A program made the position numbers and the translations under genes. This document shows positions 18,402 through 28,607 of a stretch of DNA of 64,000 bases, piece by piece; the first letter of the stretch is position 1, and the number at the start of each line of letters is the position of its first letter. Source of the stretch: Campylobacterota bacterium (GTDB lineage: Bacteria; Campylobacterota; Campylobacteria; Campylobacterales; Arcobacteraceae). The notes below the pieces were generated by a model that was given only the letters and a program-made list of their open reading frames with translations, did not search any database and was not told the origin of the DNA. The stretch covers positions 10,137 through 74,136 of the forward strand of contig JBNJFB010000004.1 of NCBI GenBank assembly GCA_051746405.1, written 5' to 3'.

Positions 18402-19977
18402 GTACGAAGAAAAAGTTGAATTAAATAAACAAAATCTATCAATCACAACTCAAATTGAAGAGTTTATAGAACTATTTAATGATGTGGCGAATATAAAGTA
18501 CTCATCATACTATAAATATGACTATGAGTATAATGATTTTTTTTATAAATTTACTATTAATAGTGATGGTGAATTAGTAAAGCAGTTACCTAAAAATCAA
18601 AAGAAGTATAGGCTTTTGTTAAGACAAAAAGGTATTGTATTTGGTTATATAGAAATTTATGAAAAAATAAAATCAACTTCTGTACTAAAAAAACTTCTAG
18701 AAAAAATCAAAAAGTACTTAAAATATCAAAGGGAGTTAGAAAAGAAACTTTCAGGTTCTGATATATCTTTTAATATCTATATTTTTCATGACGATGATTC
18801 TGAAATGTTTGCTAAAAACTTAAATGATGGATTAAATGGTCTATTTAATGTGGATGTAACTATCTCTAATAGTGTAAAAAAGTATAAATCTATTTTAAGA
18901 AATAAAGATACTAAACATATTATGATATTTTTAGTAAGTGATGAAACTCTTTTGAAACAGAATGAAAAACTACTAAAAAACTTAAATGAATTAATAATAG
19001 TAATAGGACCAAATGAGCATAAACTATCCATCTTCTGTGGTCGATTAGGGATACAAAACTATATCCCAATAAATCAATTTAGAGCAGATAGCATAAAAGA
19101 GATAATAGTAAATACAAGAAATAACTTAATAAATAAAAATAAATATGGTAATAGAATTATTGCAGTAAGTGGTATTTCAGGTGGTATTGGAACAACTACA
19201 GTTTGTATGAATATGGCAGATATGTTATCCCAAAACCTTCCTAATAAAAATATTTTATATATTGATTTATCTACTACAAAAGCTATTAGTAACCTTTTTT
19301 TAGAAAAAAATCCCTTGCCACAAAAAACAGTTGTTGATTTAGTAAATAGTAGTGAGTTTAATTTAGAGAGTAATCTTGAAAATGGTTTAGTAAAAATAAG
19401 AGAAAACTTTTATGGTGTGACAGGAATTCAAAAACATATTGACAAAGAGTATCTTCAAAAAGATGTTTTTATAGAAAAGCTACTTGAGTACATCTCTTCA
19501 TCAAGTGATTTTTTTAACTTTATAATTATTGACGTGGGTTTGGCAGATGCTTCAAATATTAAGACAACAATTTATGATATTGTAAATGAAATATGGCTTT
19601 TAACTGAGATGAATTTACCTCATATTTCTAAGGTTAAGACTTTTTATTCACTAATGAAAAGGGCTGGTTTAAAAGAAAAAATCTCATTTATTGTAAATAG
19701 ATATGACTCTCAAAATGCAATATCTGTAAATGATGTCTCTTCGATTTTAAATATGGCAAGTGGTGATAAAATACAGTTTGATGAGTATAAAATACCAAAT
19801 GACTATCAAACTTTAGGAAAGTGTTGGAACTATTGTGATTTGGCTAGTCAAAAAGCTAAAAACTCTCTTTTTATTGAGAAGTTAGATGATATTTTGATTA
19901 AAAAAGAGTTCTATTCAAGTACAAAAGAGACTAAAGAGTTAAGTTTTTTTAAAAGACTGTTTCAAAAGAGTAAGTAA
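18388..19977 (+). CDS. tadZ: TadZ/CpaE-like MinD/ParA family protein with a long N-terminal extension
   Basis: Deviant Walker A SGISGGIGTTT, FIIIDVG, IVNRY, IPND. Confidence 0.8.
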   Translation: MTLNEYEEKVELNKQNLSITTQIEEFIELFNDVANIKYSSYYKYDYEYNDFFYKFTINSDGELVKQLPKNQKKYRLLLRQKGIVFGYIEIYEKIKSTSVLKKLLEKIKKYLKYQRELEKKLSGSDISFNIYIFHDDDSEMFAKNLNDGLNGLFNVDVTISNSVKKYKSILRNKDTKHIMIFLVSDETLLKQNEKLLKNLNELIIVIGPNEHKLSIFCGRLGIQNYIPINQFRADSIKEIIVNTRNNLINKNKYGNRIIAVSGISGGIGTTTVCMNMADMLSQNLPNKNILYIDLSTTKAISNLFLEKNPLPQKTVVDLVNSSEFNLESNLENGLVKIRENFYGVTGIQKHIDKEYLQKDVFIEKLLEYISSSSDFFNFIIIDVGLADASNIKTTIYDIVNEIWLLTEMNLPHISKVKTFYSLMKRAGLKEKISFIVNRYDSQNAISVNDVSSILNMASGDKIQFDEYKIPNDYQTLGKCWNYCDLASQKAKNSLFIEKLDDILIKKEFYSSTKETKELSFFKRLFQKSK

Positions 19978-21569
19978 TGAAGAGTTTAAGAGATTTAATA
20001 GAAGACCAAGAAAAAACAATAACTTTCAAAGAGGATGAAAATAGTAGTGAAACTATTGATGAGTCTGTAAAAACAAAAGAGAAAATAAGTAAAGTTAAAA
20101 GACAAGTTGGAAACTCTGAACTTGTATTTCCAGAGCTTTATACAAATAAAGATTTATATGAACTTGCATTAAGAGTAAATGATAGTTTTTTGATGAATTT
20201 AAAATCTGACCAAAAGATTACAAGGGAAAACCTAGAAGAGGTACTACCTGAATTTATTAAAAGCTTTAATAATGAAACAAAACTTCTATCTAAAGAGAGT
20301 TTAGAAGATATAAAAACTATGATTATAAATAATATACTAGGTTATAGTCATATCTCAACTATTTTTCAAATTGCAAAAGATGGTTTAAATGATGTGATTA
20401 TTAATACAAAAGATTATGTTGATATTATTTATAAGGGTAGAACCGAACAAACACCTTTTACTTTTAGAAGCGAGGAAGAGTTAAGAAAAGTTATAGATAA
20501 GATGCTTGCTGAAAACAATAGAAAAACAGATGAAGCACACCCTATAATTTCAAGTAAATTAAATGATGGTTCAAGAGTTGAAGTACAAATCCCACCAATT
20601 GCAGCTAATGGCGGCTCTTGTGTTACAATCAGAAAGTTTAATGAAATACCACTTCTACTAGAGATGTTAATAGATAGTGGTCAAATTGATATGAAAATGG
20701 CATATTTTCTAGTAAAAGCATCTAAAGGAAAATGTAATATTATAGTTTCAGGTGGTACATCAAGTGGTAAAACTACTTTTTTAAATGCAATTACAAGGTT
20801 TGTTGATGGAAATGAACAGTTAATGGTAATAGAAGATACAAAAGAGATGCAACCACAAATGCCATGTCACTCTATTAGACAGTATGAAGCAAGAATGGAG
20901 AATGAAGAGGGAAAAGGTGCTATTAGTTTAGATTATTTATTGCGTTCTGCACTTCGTTCTAGTCCTAGAAGAATTGTAGTTGGTGAGTGTAGAGGACCTG
21001 AAATTGTAGTTATGTTAAATGCAATGAATACAGGTCACCCAGGCTCTATGACTACAGTTCATGCTGATAATACAAAAGAGGCCCTTGTAAGAGTTGAAAA
21101 TATGTATTTAGAGGCAAGACCTAGTGCAAATATAAATTTTATTAGGACACAAATTGTATCTGCAATTGATTTGATTATTCAATTAGTTAGGTTTCCAGAT
21201 GGTACAAGAAAGCTTGTGGCAATATCAGAAATAGAAAAAAGAATGGAAGATAATGGAGTTGTTTCTTTAAATGATATTTTTCAATTTAAAAGAGATACAA
21301 CTGATATGAAAAATACAAAAGGTGAGTTTGAAATACTTTCAACTCCATCTAGAACAATTGAGCAAATGGGTATGTTTGGTGTTGATATTGATAAAAGAGT
21401 ATTTGACCCAAACTTTGAAATGCCAAAATCAATGTTAATTGAAGCACTAGAACAGGACTTGCCTTCTGTTATGTGTGGCTGGAGAGATGAGTTTTTAGAT
21501 GTATTTTTACAAAGAGATCCAACTCTTTTTCATAAGTGGCCACATTTTCAGAAAATGCGTCAGGAGTAA
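19977..21569 (+). CDS. tadA: Tad pilus assembly ATPase TadA/CpaF
   Basis: LNDGSRV, TIRKF, SGGTSSGKTT, IEDTKE, RIVVGECRG.E, AMNTGHPGSMTTVHA. Confidence 0.95.
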   Translation: MKSLRDLIEDQEKTITFKEDENSSETIDESVKTKEKISKVKRQVGNSELVFPELYTNKDLYELALRVNDSFLMNLKSDQKITRENLEEVLPEFIKSFNNETKLLSKESLEDIKTMIINNILGYSHISTIFQIAKDGLNDVIINTKDYVDIIYKGRTEQTPFTFRSEEELRKVIDKMLAENNRKTDEAHPIISSKLNDGSRVEVQIPPIAANGGSCVTIRKFNEIPLLLEMLIDSGQIDMKMAYFLVKASKGKCNIIVSGGTSSGKTTFLNAITRFVDGNEQLMVIEDTKEMQPQMPCHSIRQYEARMENEEGKGAISLDYLLRSALRSSPRRIVVGECRGPEIVVMLNAMNTGHPGSMTTVHADNTKEALVRVENMYLEARPSANINFIRTQIVSAIDLIIQLVRFPDGTRKLVAISEIEKRMEDNGVVSLNDIFQFKRDTTDMKNTKGEFEILSTPSRTIEQMGMFGVDIDKRVFDPNFEMPKSMLIEALEQDLPSVMCGWRDEFLDVFLQRDPTLFHKWPHFQKMRQE

Positions 21570-21571
21570 AT

Positions 21572-22495
21572 ATGAGTATTGAAGTTTTATTATTCATATT
21601 TATTACTCCTTTAATATTTATAACATTAGTTTACTATTTGTTTGATTTTTATATAAAATCTAATAAGCAAAGAGTTATTATAAATACGTTGGTAAATACA
21701 AATAATAAGATTTTAAATAAAAATAGGGTTGAAAATGAGTATGAAAAAAGTAACTTCTTAACAAAAAAGTTAAGACATGCAGGTTTTACAACAAAAGGTA
21801 GTGAGTTTGCTTTTATACTAATATCACTGGCTTTTGGATTTTTTATTAGTTTTTTTATATTTTTTGTTATTAAATCTAAAATAGTTTTTGTATTAACTTT
21901 TTTAGTATTTATGTTTTTGCCATATTTGATACTAACAAAGCTTATAAAGGTGCGTCAAGAAGAGTTTAATTTTGCATTAAAAGAGGTTATAGATAAAGTT
22001 ACAAGTATGATGAAAAGTGGAGTGGGTTTTGAACAAGCTTTAAAAAAGTCAATTATAACTTCAAAATCAGATTTAGCTAAAAAGATATTAGGTATTTATA
22101 TTAATGAAAAATCTGTAATTGGTGAAGAGAAATGTTTTGAAAAGATGTTTTCATTAATTGAATCAAGGGAGCTTAGAATATTTTATCTTACCATATCTAT
22201 AGGAAAAAAATCAGGTGGGAAGTTTTCAAGTACTTTAGAAAAATTAAGACAAGCATTACATGACCAAGGTGAGATAAAGCAAGAGATTGTATCTTCAACA
22301 AAAGAGATAAAAGTAGGTACTTATATGGTAATTGCACTTATTGTATTTACTTACATTATGATGAACAATGCACTAGAAAACTCACTAAATGCACACTTTT
22401 TTGGAAGTACAACAGGTAAGTTACAAATGTTTTTTATAGTAGTATGGATTACATTTGGATTATTTATTAATAGCTTGCTAACAAAGATTAAATGA
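21572..22495 (+). CDS. tadB: TadB inner-membrane platform protein
   Basis: ATG 21572 after AGGAG; T2SS-F-like domain (MKSGVGFEQAL, SGGKFS..LE). Confidence 0.85.
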   Translation: MSIEVLLFIFITPLIFITLVYYLFDFYIKSNKQRVIINTLVNTNNKILNKNRVENEYEKSNFLTKKLRHAGFTTKGSEFAFILISLAFGFFISFFIFFVIKSKIVFVLTFLVFMFLPYLILTKLIKVRQEEFNFALKEVIDKVTSMMKSGVGFEQALKKSIITSKSDLAKKILGIYINEKSVIGEEKCFEKMFSLIESRELRIFYLTISIGKKSGGKFSSTLEKLRQALHDQGEIKQEIVSSTKEIKVGTYMVIALIVFTYIMMNNALENSLNAHFFGSTTGKLQMFFIVVWITFGLFINSLLTKIK

Positions 22496-23334
22496 TGAGT
22501 GATACACTTTTATTAGTAATATTATCACCTCTACTTATTACATTAGTAGTGATTTTAACTGTAATATACCTACAAAGAAAAAGGCAACAAAAAAATATTG
22601 TACTTTTATCAAAATTAGATAATAAAGCAATAATAGAAGAACAACATAAGAAAACAAAAAATAGTAGTAGTTTAAATATAAAATTAATTCAAGCTGGTAT
22701 TACATATAAAGAGTACAATGAAGCAAGACTTCTTTTTGCACTCATTGGTATAATAGTAGTAGGAGTTTTACCTTTTTTTACTCCCTTGTATATATCTATA
22801 GCTATTGTAGTTGTAGGTTTAGTATGTATAGTATTTGGAGGTAAAATCTATTTAAGCATTGCAAAAGCAGAGAGAGTTGAAAAAATAGATAGGGATTTGG
22901 GTATTTTTTTAGATTTAGTAAATGTTATATTAGAAGCAGGTGGTAGCTTAAAAAATGCATTTTTTGAAGTATCTAGAAGAGCAAGGGGAATAATTGACCC
23001 TGAGTTATTAAAAGAGGTTAGTATTTTAGAGTATGAAATGACAAACTACTCCACAAAAACTGCTTATGAGAATTTAAAAAATAGAGTTGATAGTAAAGAG
23101 TTAGACAAGATAGTTGATTTTCTTATTTTAAGTGAAGAGACAGGAATTGGAGTTAAGAATATCTTTGCAATGCAATCAGATGAGATGAGAAGAGAGAGAT
23201 TTTATAAAATAAAAGGAAAGGTAAACACTTTAAATATGTATTTAATGTTAGTTATTTTTCTTTTTGTTTTGCCAGCTTTTGCTGCATTTATAGTTTTCCC
23301 TATGATGGGTGGGACTTTAACAATGGGACTTTAA
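22492..23334 (+). CDS. tadC: TadC inner-membrane platform protein
   Basis: FLDL....EAGGS..AF, SEETG, LFVLP; follows tadB. Confidence 0.85.
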   Translation: MMSDTLLLVILSPLLITLVVILTVIYLQRKRQQKNIVLLSKLDNKAIIEEQHKKTKNSSSLNIKLIQAGITYKEYNEARLLFALIGIIVVGVLPFFTPLYISIAIVVVGLVCIVFGGKIYLSIAKAERVEKIDRDLGIFLDLVNVILEAGGSLKNAFFEVSRRARGIIDPELLKEVSILEYEMTNYSTKTAYENLKNRVDSKELDKIVDFLILSEETGIGVKNIFAMQSDEMRRERFYKIKGKVNTLNMYLMLVIFLFVLPAFAAFIVFPMMGGTLTMGL

Positions 23335-23349
23335 TATGAGGATTAAAAA

Positions 23350-24528
23350 ATGCAATTAAATAGACAGATTATTATAATATTAATATTAGCATCATTGTTA
23401 ATATCAGCTTTAGCAACTGCTTTTTATTTCTATAATAAAAACAAACAGGCTTTAAAAAGTAATAATGAGCTAGTTACAATATATGTAGCTAAAGATGATA
23501 TTAAAAGAAATACATTAATAAAACCAGAGCATATGGGCAGAACAAAAATTGCAAAAAAGTTTTTGCTCAATAGACCATTAAATAAAAAAGAGATTTTAGG
23601 AAAATATACAAAAGAGCCTATTTATAAAAATGAAATGTTTATAAAACAGAAACTTAATACTCAAATTGAAAAAAGAAAAGCAAAGGTTCTTGATTTTTCA
23701 AAGAGTAGCTATAATATGAGATTTGATCTATTTAACAATCCAAACTACTCTTTAAATCAAGGTGATTATATAAATATTATATCTGTTTATCCATCAGGTG
23801 AACCAAATAGACAAGGAAACTATTCTAATTATGATGTGCAATATGTGGCAAATAATATCAAGGTTTTAGGATTTATAAAAAGTGGTAAACTAGAGTCTGC
23901 AAGTATAGTAAAAGAGAAAGTAAAAAAACTTAGAAATAAAAAGGTTGTAGAAGAGGTTGTAGATGTAAAAGCTAATGAGATAGTTATTGATATAAATCCT
24001 GAGGTTTTACTTAAACTAATAAAAGATTATAATAAAGGAAATCAGCTTTGGATGGTAAAAACTAAAGAGTCAATACAGATTGATACAATTGATAAAATGA
24101 ATAAAAAGCAGATTGAAAATTTAATTAAAAAAGAAGAGTCTAATAAAAAAGAAGTAAAGAAAGAACAAAGCTACAAACTCTATAAACCAAAAGATTATAC
24201 TATAAATAAAAAAGCAATAATTGATTATATAAATATTGAGCAAAAAAATAAAAAAATAGAGAAAGTAGAAGTAAAAGTAGAACCAAAAAATATTTGTAAA
24301 AATAGAAATAGTAAATATATAGTAGGTAATGTAAGTAGTTTTTATATTAGAAATAGCCCTTCTTTAAACTCAAACTATAAAAGAGTACTAAGTAAAAATA
24401 CTATAATTCCTTTCTTTAAAAAACAGAATGGATGGTTTAAAACTTGTGATAATCTTTTTGTAAGTCAAAAAGTAGCTAAAGCGGTTTCTAAAAATTTTGT
24501 AAGAAATAAGCTAGGATTTAGCCAATGA
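23350..24528 (+). CDS. rcpC: RcpC/CpaB-like SAF-domain protein with a C-terminal SH3b-like domain
   Basis: N-terminal TM, IYVAKDDI SAF motif, LNQGDYINII, VLG; C-terminal IRNSPS...GWFK. Confidence 0.7.
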   Translation: MQLNRQIIIILILASLLISALATAFYFYNKNKQALKSNNELVTIYVAKDDIKRNTLIKPEHMGRTKIAKKFLLNRPLNKKEILGKYTKEPIYKNEMFIKQKLNTQIEKRKAKVLDFSKSSYNMRFDLFNNPNYSLNQGDYINIISVYPSGEPNRQGNYSNYDVQYVANNIKVLGFIKSGKLESASIVKEKVKKLRNKKVVEEVVDVKANEIVIDINPEVLLKLIKDYNKGNQLWMVKTKESIQIDTIDKMNKKQIENLIKKEESNKKEVKKEQSYKLYKPKDYTINKKAIIDYINIEQKNKKIEKVEVKVEPKNICKNRNSKYIVGNVSSFYIRNSPSLNSNYKRVLSKNTIIPFFKKQNGWFKTCDNLFVSQKVAKAVSKNFVRNKLGFSQ

Positions 24529-24542
24529 TAAAAAGCCATAGT

Positions 24543-24953
24543 ATGAAAAATGCCTTTGTTGAGCAAATAATTTTATGGATTGTAATATTTGTCTCTTTTG
24601 TGGGTTTTTTATTTTTTGTTATTGATTATTCAAACTCTTTAAAGGTAAAAGAGAATGCGGACTCCATAGCTCAATATACCTCTAGAATGGTAGCAATAAA
24701 TAAGCCATTAGTTAGTGTAGCTCAGGGAATAAATGAAATCAAAGGAGATTTTGTAAAAACAGTTAGTGTGGGCGATTTAAACTGTAGTGAAAATACAGCA
24801 GTGACAAATAGACAAGTTATTGTAAATGTTTATGCCACATTAAATAATAGTTTTTTAACAAATAATAGTAATAATATTCATTCAAAATCAGTAGTTTATA
24901 ATGAAAGTAGTGAATATGAAAAAGAGTGTAATTTAACTCTAACATTTAATTAG
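24543..24953 (+). CDS. TadE-like minor pilin / pseudopilin
   Basis: MKNA-FVEQ followed by a hydrophobic helix and A....R..A pattern; alternative start at 24525. Confidence 0.65.
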   Translation: MKNAFVEQIILWIVIFVSFVGFLFFVIDYSNSLKVKENADSIAQYTSRMVAINKPLVSVAQGINEIKGDFVKTVSVGDLNCSENTAVTNRQVIVNVYATLNNSFLTNNSNNIHSKSVVYNESSEYEKECNLTLTFN

Positions 24954-24962
24954 GAGTGTTTT

Positions 24963-26333
24963 ATGAAATATGTTAGTAGAAATATTTGGATTTTTTTTAT
25001 AGCTTTAGCTATTACTTTGACAAATATATATGCAAATGAAGATTTAAATAATAAAAAAATAAGTGTAAAAAAAGATTCATTTAAAGTCTTAAAGTTTAAT
25101 AAAACTATTAGTAATGTGAAAGTTAGTAATAAAGATTTAGTTGAGGTTGAGTTTGTAAAAAATAGTAAAAAACCTCTACAGATAATAAGAGTTTTTACAA
25201 AAAGTTTAGGAAATGCAAATATTTTTATTCTGTTTGAGGATAACACTTCTAAAAGTATAAATATAAATATTACGCAAGATTTAGAAACTATTATAGATGT
25301 GGCAAAAGTTTTAAGTCCAAGTTTAAAAGTAAAACAAATAAATAAAAAAGTAATACTATCAGGTAAAATTAAAAATCAAAAGCAAAAAGATAAGATATTA
25401 AATCTTTTTAAAAAAGCTGATGTTGATTTAAAGAAAGATTTAGTTGATTTAACCTCTTTGAATAATCCAGATAAAATGATACGATTAAAACTCTATGTAG
25501 TTGAAATGAATAATAATAAAGGGTTGGAACTGAAAAATGAATGGGATTATGAGTTTGAAAGAAATAGTGTGCAATCAAGTAGCCTAATCCAAAATGCTGT
25601 AACGCTAACAGGTGGTTTAAATATTGTAGCACGCTATTTAGGTAATAATTTTAATGCAGGACTTGTTTTAAACTATTTAGCTTCAAATGGTGCTGCAAAT
25701 ATAATTGATGAAACCACTTTATTAACTCTTGAAAATCAAGCAGCCAATTTTCTTGCAGGTGGTACTTTTAATATTAGAACACAAACAACAACAGCAGAAG
25801 GACTTCCTTCAACTGAGTTACAAGAGATTCAATATGGATTGCAATTAAATATCAAAGCAGAGAATATAATTAATGAAAATTTTGTAAAACTTAATATTGA
25901 AACTAAGTCTAGTACCCCAATTTTTACTGAAGCTGTAGATGGGATACCAAATATTAGTGAAAAGTCTATCATGACAAATGTAGTTGCTGCTAATAAATCT
26001 ACAATAGTACTTGGAGGCTTGGTAAAAACAGAAGAGAGTACAGATATTGACAAGGTTCCTTTTTTAGGAGATATACCTATTTTAGGTTATCTTTTTACTA
26101 ATAAAAATCAATCAACAGATGAACGAAGTGAATTAGTGTTTTTTATAACTCCAGAGATTGTTGACCCTACAATAAACAACCAACAAGAACTATTTAATAA
26201 GAAAACTGTATTTAAAGACAAAATAAAAAAGAAGTTAGAACCAAAGCAACAAAGAAAAGAGAAAAAAGATACAATACAGCAAGATAAGAGCTCACTTCAT
26301 CAACAAAGAGTTAATGAGATTTTAGGTATGTAG
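24963..26333 (+). CDS. rcpA: RcpA/CpaC secretin
   Basis: Signal peptide; ANFLAGG, YGLQL, IVLGGL, KVPFLGDIPILGYLF, ELVFFITP. Confidence 0.92.
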   Translation: MKYVSRNIWIFFIALAITLTNIYANEDLNNKKISVKKDSFKVLKFNKTISNVKVSNKDLVEVEFVKNSKKPLQIIRVFTKSLGNANIFILFEDNTSKSININITQDLETIIDVAKVLSPSLKVKQINKKVILSGKIKNQKQKDKILNLFKKADVDLKKDLVDLTSLNNPDKMIRLKLYVVEMNNNKGLELKNEWDYEFERNSVQSSSLIQNAVTLTGGLNIVARYLGNNFNAGLVLNYLASNGAANIIDETTLLTLENQAANFLAGGTFNIRTQTTTAEGLPSTELQEIQYGLQLNIKAENIINENFVKLNIETKSSTPIFTEAVDGIPNISEKSIMTNVVAANKSTIVLGGLVKTEESTDIDKVPFLGDIPILGYLFTNKNQSTDERSELVFFITPEIVDPTINNQQELFNKKTVFKDKIKKKLEPKQQRKEKKDTIQQDKSSLHQQRVNEILGM

Positions 26334-26339
26334 TAAAGG

Positions 26340-27323
26340 CTACTTTATTAACTCAACTTTGTTTTTTAGTTTAGTCCCAATTATCTTTAATTGAAACTCA
26401 AAGTTATCATAATCATTATTTATTTTATGGTAACTTTCGCTTGGGTTATTTTGAAACTCAACTTCTATAAATTTATTTACAATTAAATCTGTAGCTTGAC
26501 TATTGCAATCAAATAGTGCAATGTGCATTTTAACACCTCTTAAATCATAATCTTTTTCTAAATTTTTGAAAGATTGACTTATTTGTTTGGGGTCATTATT
26601 TTGTTCCATTGATAACTTTTTTACTTTAGGTACACAAAAGTTATCATCATTAACAGACACGTCAAGTGAGTTTTCATCATTTTTTAGAAAGTTATCTTCC
26701 ACATAAAAATCTTTAATTGTATTTTTAAAATGTGCCCATTTTGAATTTCCTGAATCAACACAAGCATCATTTGTATCAACTCCATAAAAATTACTGTAAT
26801 CTTCATAATCATAAGTGGAATGACCTTTTATATTAAAGCTTATAATATTATCTTTTACTAGATGTGAAGAGTCACATCCATTTATTCCAAAAGGGGTGAG
26901 ATTTGAAGTTTGTGTTATCTCATCACCCTCTGCAATTTTTACTTTAGATTGGGTATCTAACCCAAAATTTGTAATATTTAAAAATCTATACCAAAATGTT
27001 TCATGATTGTATGAAGGTAGGTTTACTGTTAAAGTATTAGGTTCAGAGATAAAGTCCCAATTGTATGTTAGATTATCTTTTATTTCATTTCCTAGTTTAG
27101 TTTTTGATAAAATATCACTTGCAATTTGTTGAGCTTCAGTGGTGTTTTGACTTACTTTTGCATAATATTTAGCTGCACTAAGTGCTGCATTGTTTGTAAG
27201 ATTTTTTAGTTTATAGTATTTATTTCTAGCTTCTTCATCATCTAAAAGGGTAGTCGCAGTTATTATTAAAATTGAAAAGATTAAAAACCCTAAAAGTATT
27301 TGGTCAATAAAAGCTTTTTTCAT
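26340..27323 (-). CDS. TadG-like pilin-anchored protein
   Basis: MKKA-FIDQ plus TM helix, LKNLTNNAALSAA Tad motif; convergent on the secretin gene. Confidence 0.65.
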   Translation of the reverse strand: MKKAFIDQILLGFLIFSILIITATTLLDDEEARNKYYKLKNLTNNAALSAAKYYAKVSQNTTEAQQIASDILSKTKLGNEIKDNLTYNWDFISEPNTLTVNLPSYNHETFWYRFLNITNFGLDTQSKVKIAEGDEITQTSNLTPFGINGCDSSHLVKDNIISFNIKGHSTYDYEDYSNFYGVDTNDACVDSGNSKWAHFKNTIKDFYVEDNFLKNDENSLDVSVNDDNFCVPKVKKLSMEQNNDPKQISQSFKNLEKDYDLRGVKMHIALFDCNSQATDLIVNKFIEVEFQNNPSESYHKINNDYDNFEFQLKIIGTKLKNKVELIK

Positions 27324-27445
27324 AAAAGTTTCCTTCTTAATATCTTTTAGAGTATAACATATTTTCCTTCCAGAAATTTAATTTTAAATGATAGCATATT
27401 AATAGTTTAAAGTTTAATTTTATACAATTGCATGAAAGGATAGTT

Positions 27446-28591
27446 ATGGAATCAATAATTAATACAAATAATATAGATATATTAAAACAAATCTTAGAAA
27501 ATTCATACAATAGCATTGTGATAACAGATGCAAATTTAGATAAAGATGGACCAAAAATATTGTATGTAAATCGAGCATTTTCTCTTATGACAGGGTATAG
27601 TTCAAATGATATTAGAGGTAAAACACCACGAATTTTACAAGGTGAAAAAACAAGTAGAGCTACTCTTGATAGATTAAAAGAAAAATGCTTAAAAGGTGAG
27701 TTTTTTAGCGGAACAACTGTTAATTATAAAAAAGATGGAACACCTTATGATGTTGAGTGGAATATATCACCATTAAAAGATGAGCATGGAAATATTGTTA
27801 AATATATTTCAATACAAAAAGATATAACTAATGAAGTTAAGTATAAAAGGGATTTAGAAGAAAAAGTTAAAGAACAAGTAAATGAGATTAGAAGAAAAGA
27901 TGAAGAGTTACAAAATCAAGCTAAACTTGCAGCAATGGGAGAGATGCTTGATGCAGTAGCACATCAATGGAAACAGCCAATTGGTATAATAAAATTAAAT
28001 ACAGAGATGATAGTTTATGATTTTGAAGATGGCTTAATTAATGAAAAATATATAAAAGATTTTCAAGAAAAAGTATTTGCTCAACTAAATCATACAACTA
28101 ATACACTTGATACGTTTAGAGACTTTTTAAAACCAAATACAAAAGCAAAATATTTTAATATTGAAGATATCTTAAATAAAACCTTTACATTAATAAAAGA
28201 TGAGTTTTATAAACAACAAATTGAGATTAGAACTAAAATAGAGGACTCCTATGAAATATACGGATATGAAAATGAGTTTGAACACTTTATATTAAACATT
28301 TTAAACAATGCTAAAGATGCATATAAAAACTTAGATGATATAGAACAAAAGGTTATTGATATAAAAGTATATGAAAATAAAAATAAGAAGATAATTGAAT
28401 TAACTGATTATGCAGGTGGAATACCAAAAGAGGTTTTATCAGATATCTTTAAAGCTCATGTTACTACAAAAGGTGAGACTCAAGGAAGTGGTATAGGACT
28501 TTATATGACTAGTAAAATTATAGAGAAACATAATGGAAAACTAGAAGCATATAATCACAAAAGCGGGGCAACTTTTAAGGCAATTTTTTAA
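27446..28591 (+). CDS. soluble PAS-domain histidine kinase
   Basis: PAS/PAC (IVITD, YVN.AF..MTGY, NYKKDG), AHQWKQP H-box, NNAKDA, D.AGG, GIGLY. Confidence 0.92.
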   Translation: MESIINTNNIDILKQILENSYNSIVITDANLDKDGPKILYVNRAFSLMTGYSSNDIRGKTPRILQGEKTSRATLDRLKEKCLKGEFFSGTTVNYKKDGTPYDVEWNISPLKDEHGNIVKYISIQKDITNEVKYKRDLEEKVKEQVNEIRRKDEELQNQAKLAAMGEMLDAVAHQWKQPIGIIKLNTEMIVYDFEDGLINEKYIKDFQEKVFAQLNHTTNTLDTFRDFLKPNTKAKYFNIEDILNKTFTLIKDEFYKQQIEIRTKIEDSYEIYGYENEFEHFILNILNNAKDAYKNLDDIEQKVIDIKVYENKNKKIIELTDYAGGIPKEVLSDIFKAHVTTKGETQGSGIGLYMTSKIIEKHNGKLEAYNHKSGATFKAIF

Positions 28592-28607
28592 ACTAAAATA
28601 CTTATAG

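Noticed and set aside
27446..27840. LOV blue-light sensor
   Set aside because: GKTPRILQG lacks the Cys of GxNCRFLQ
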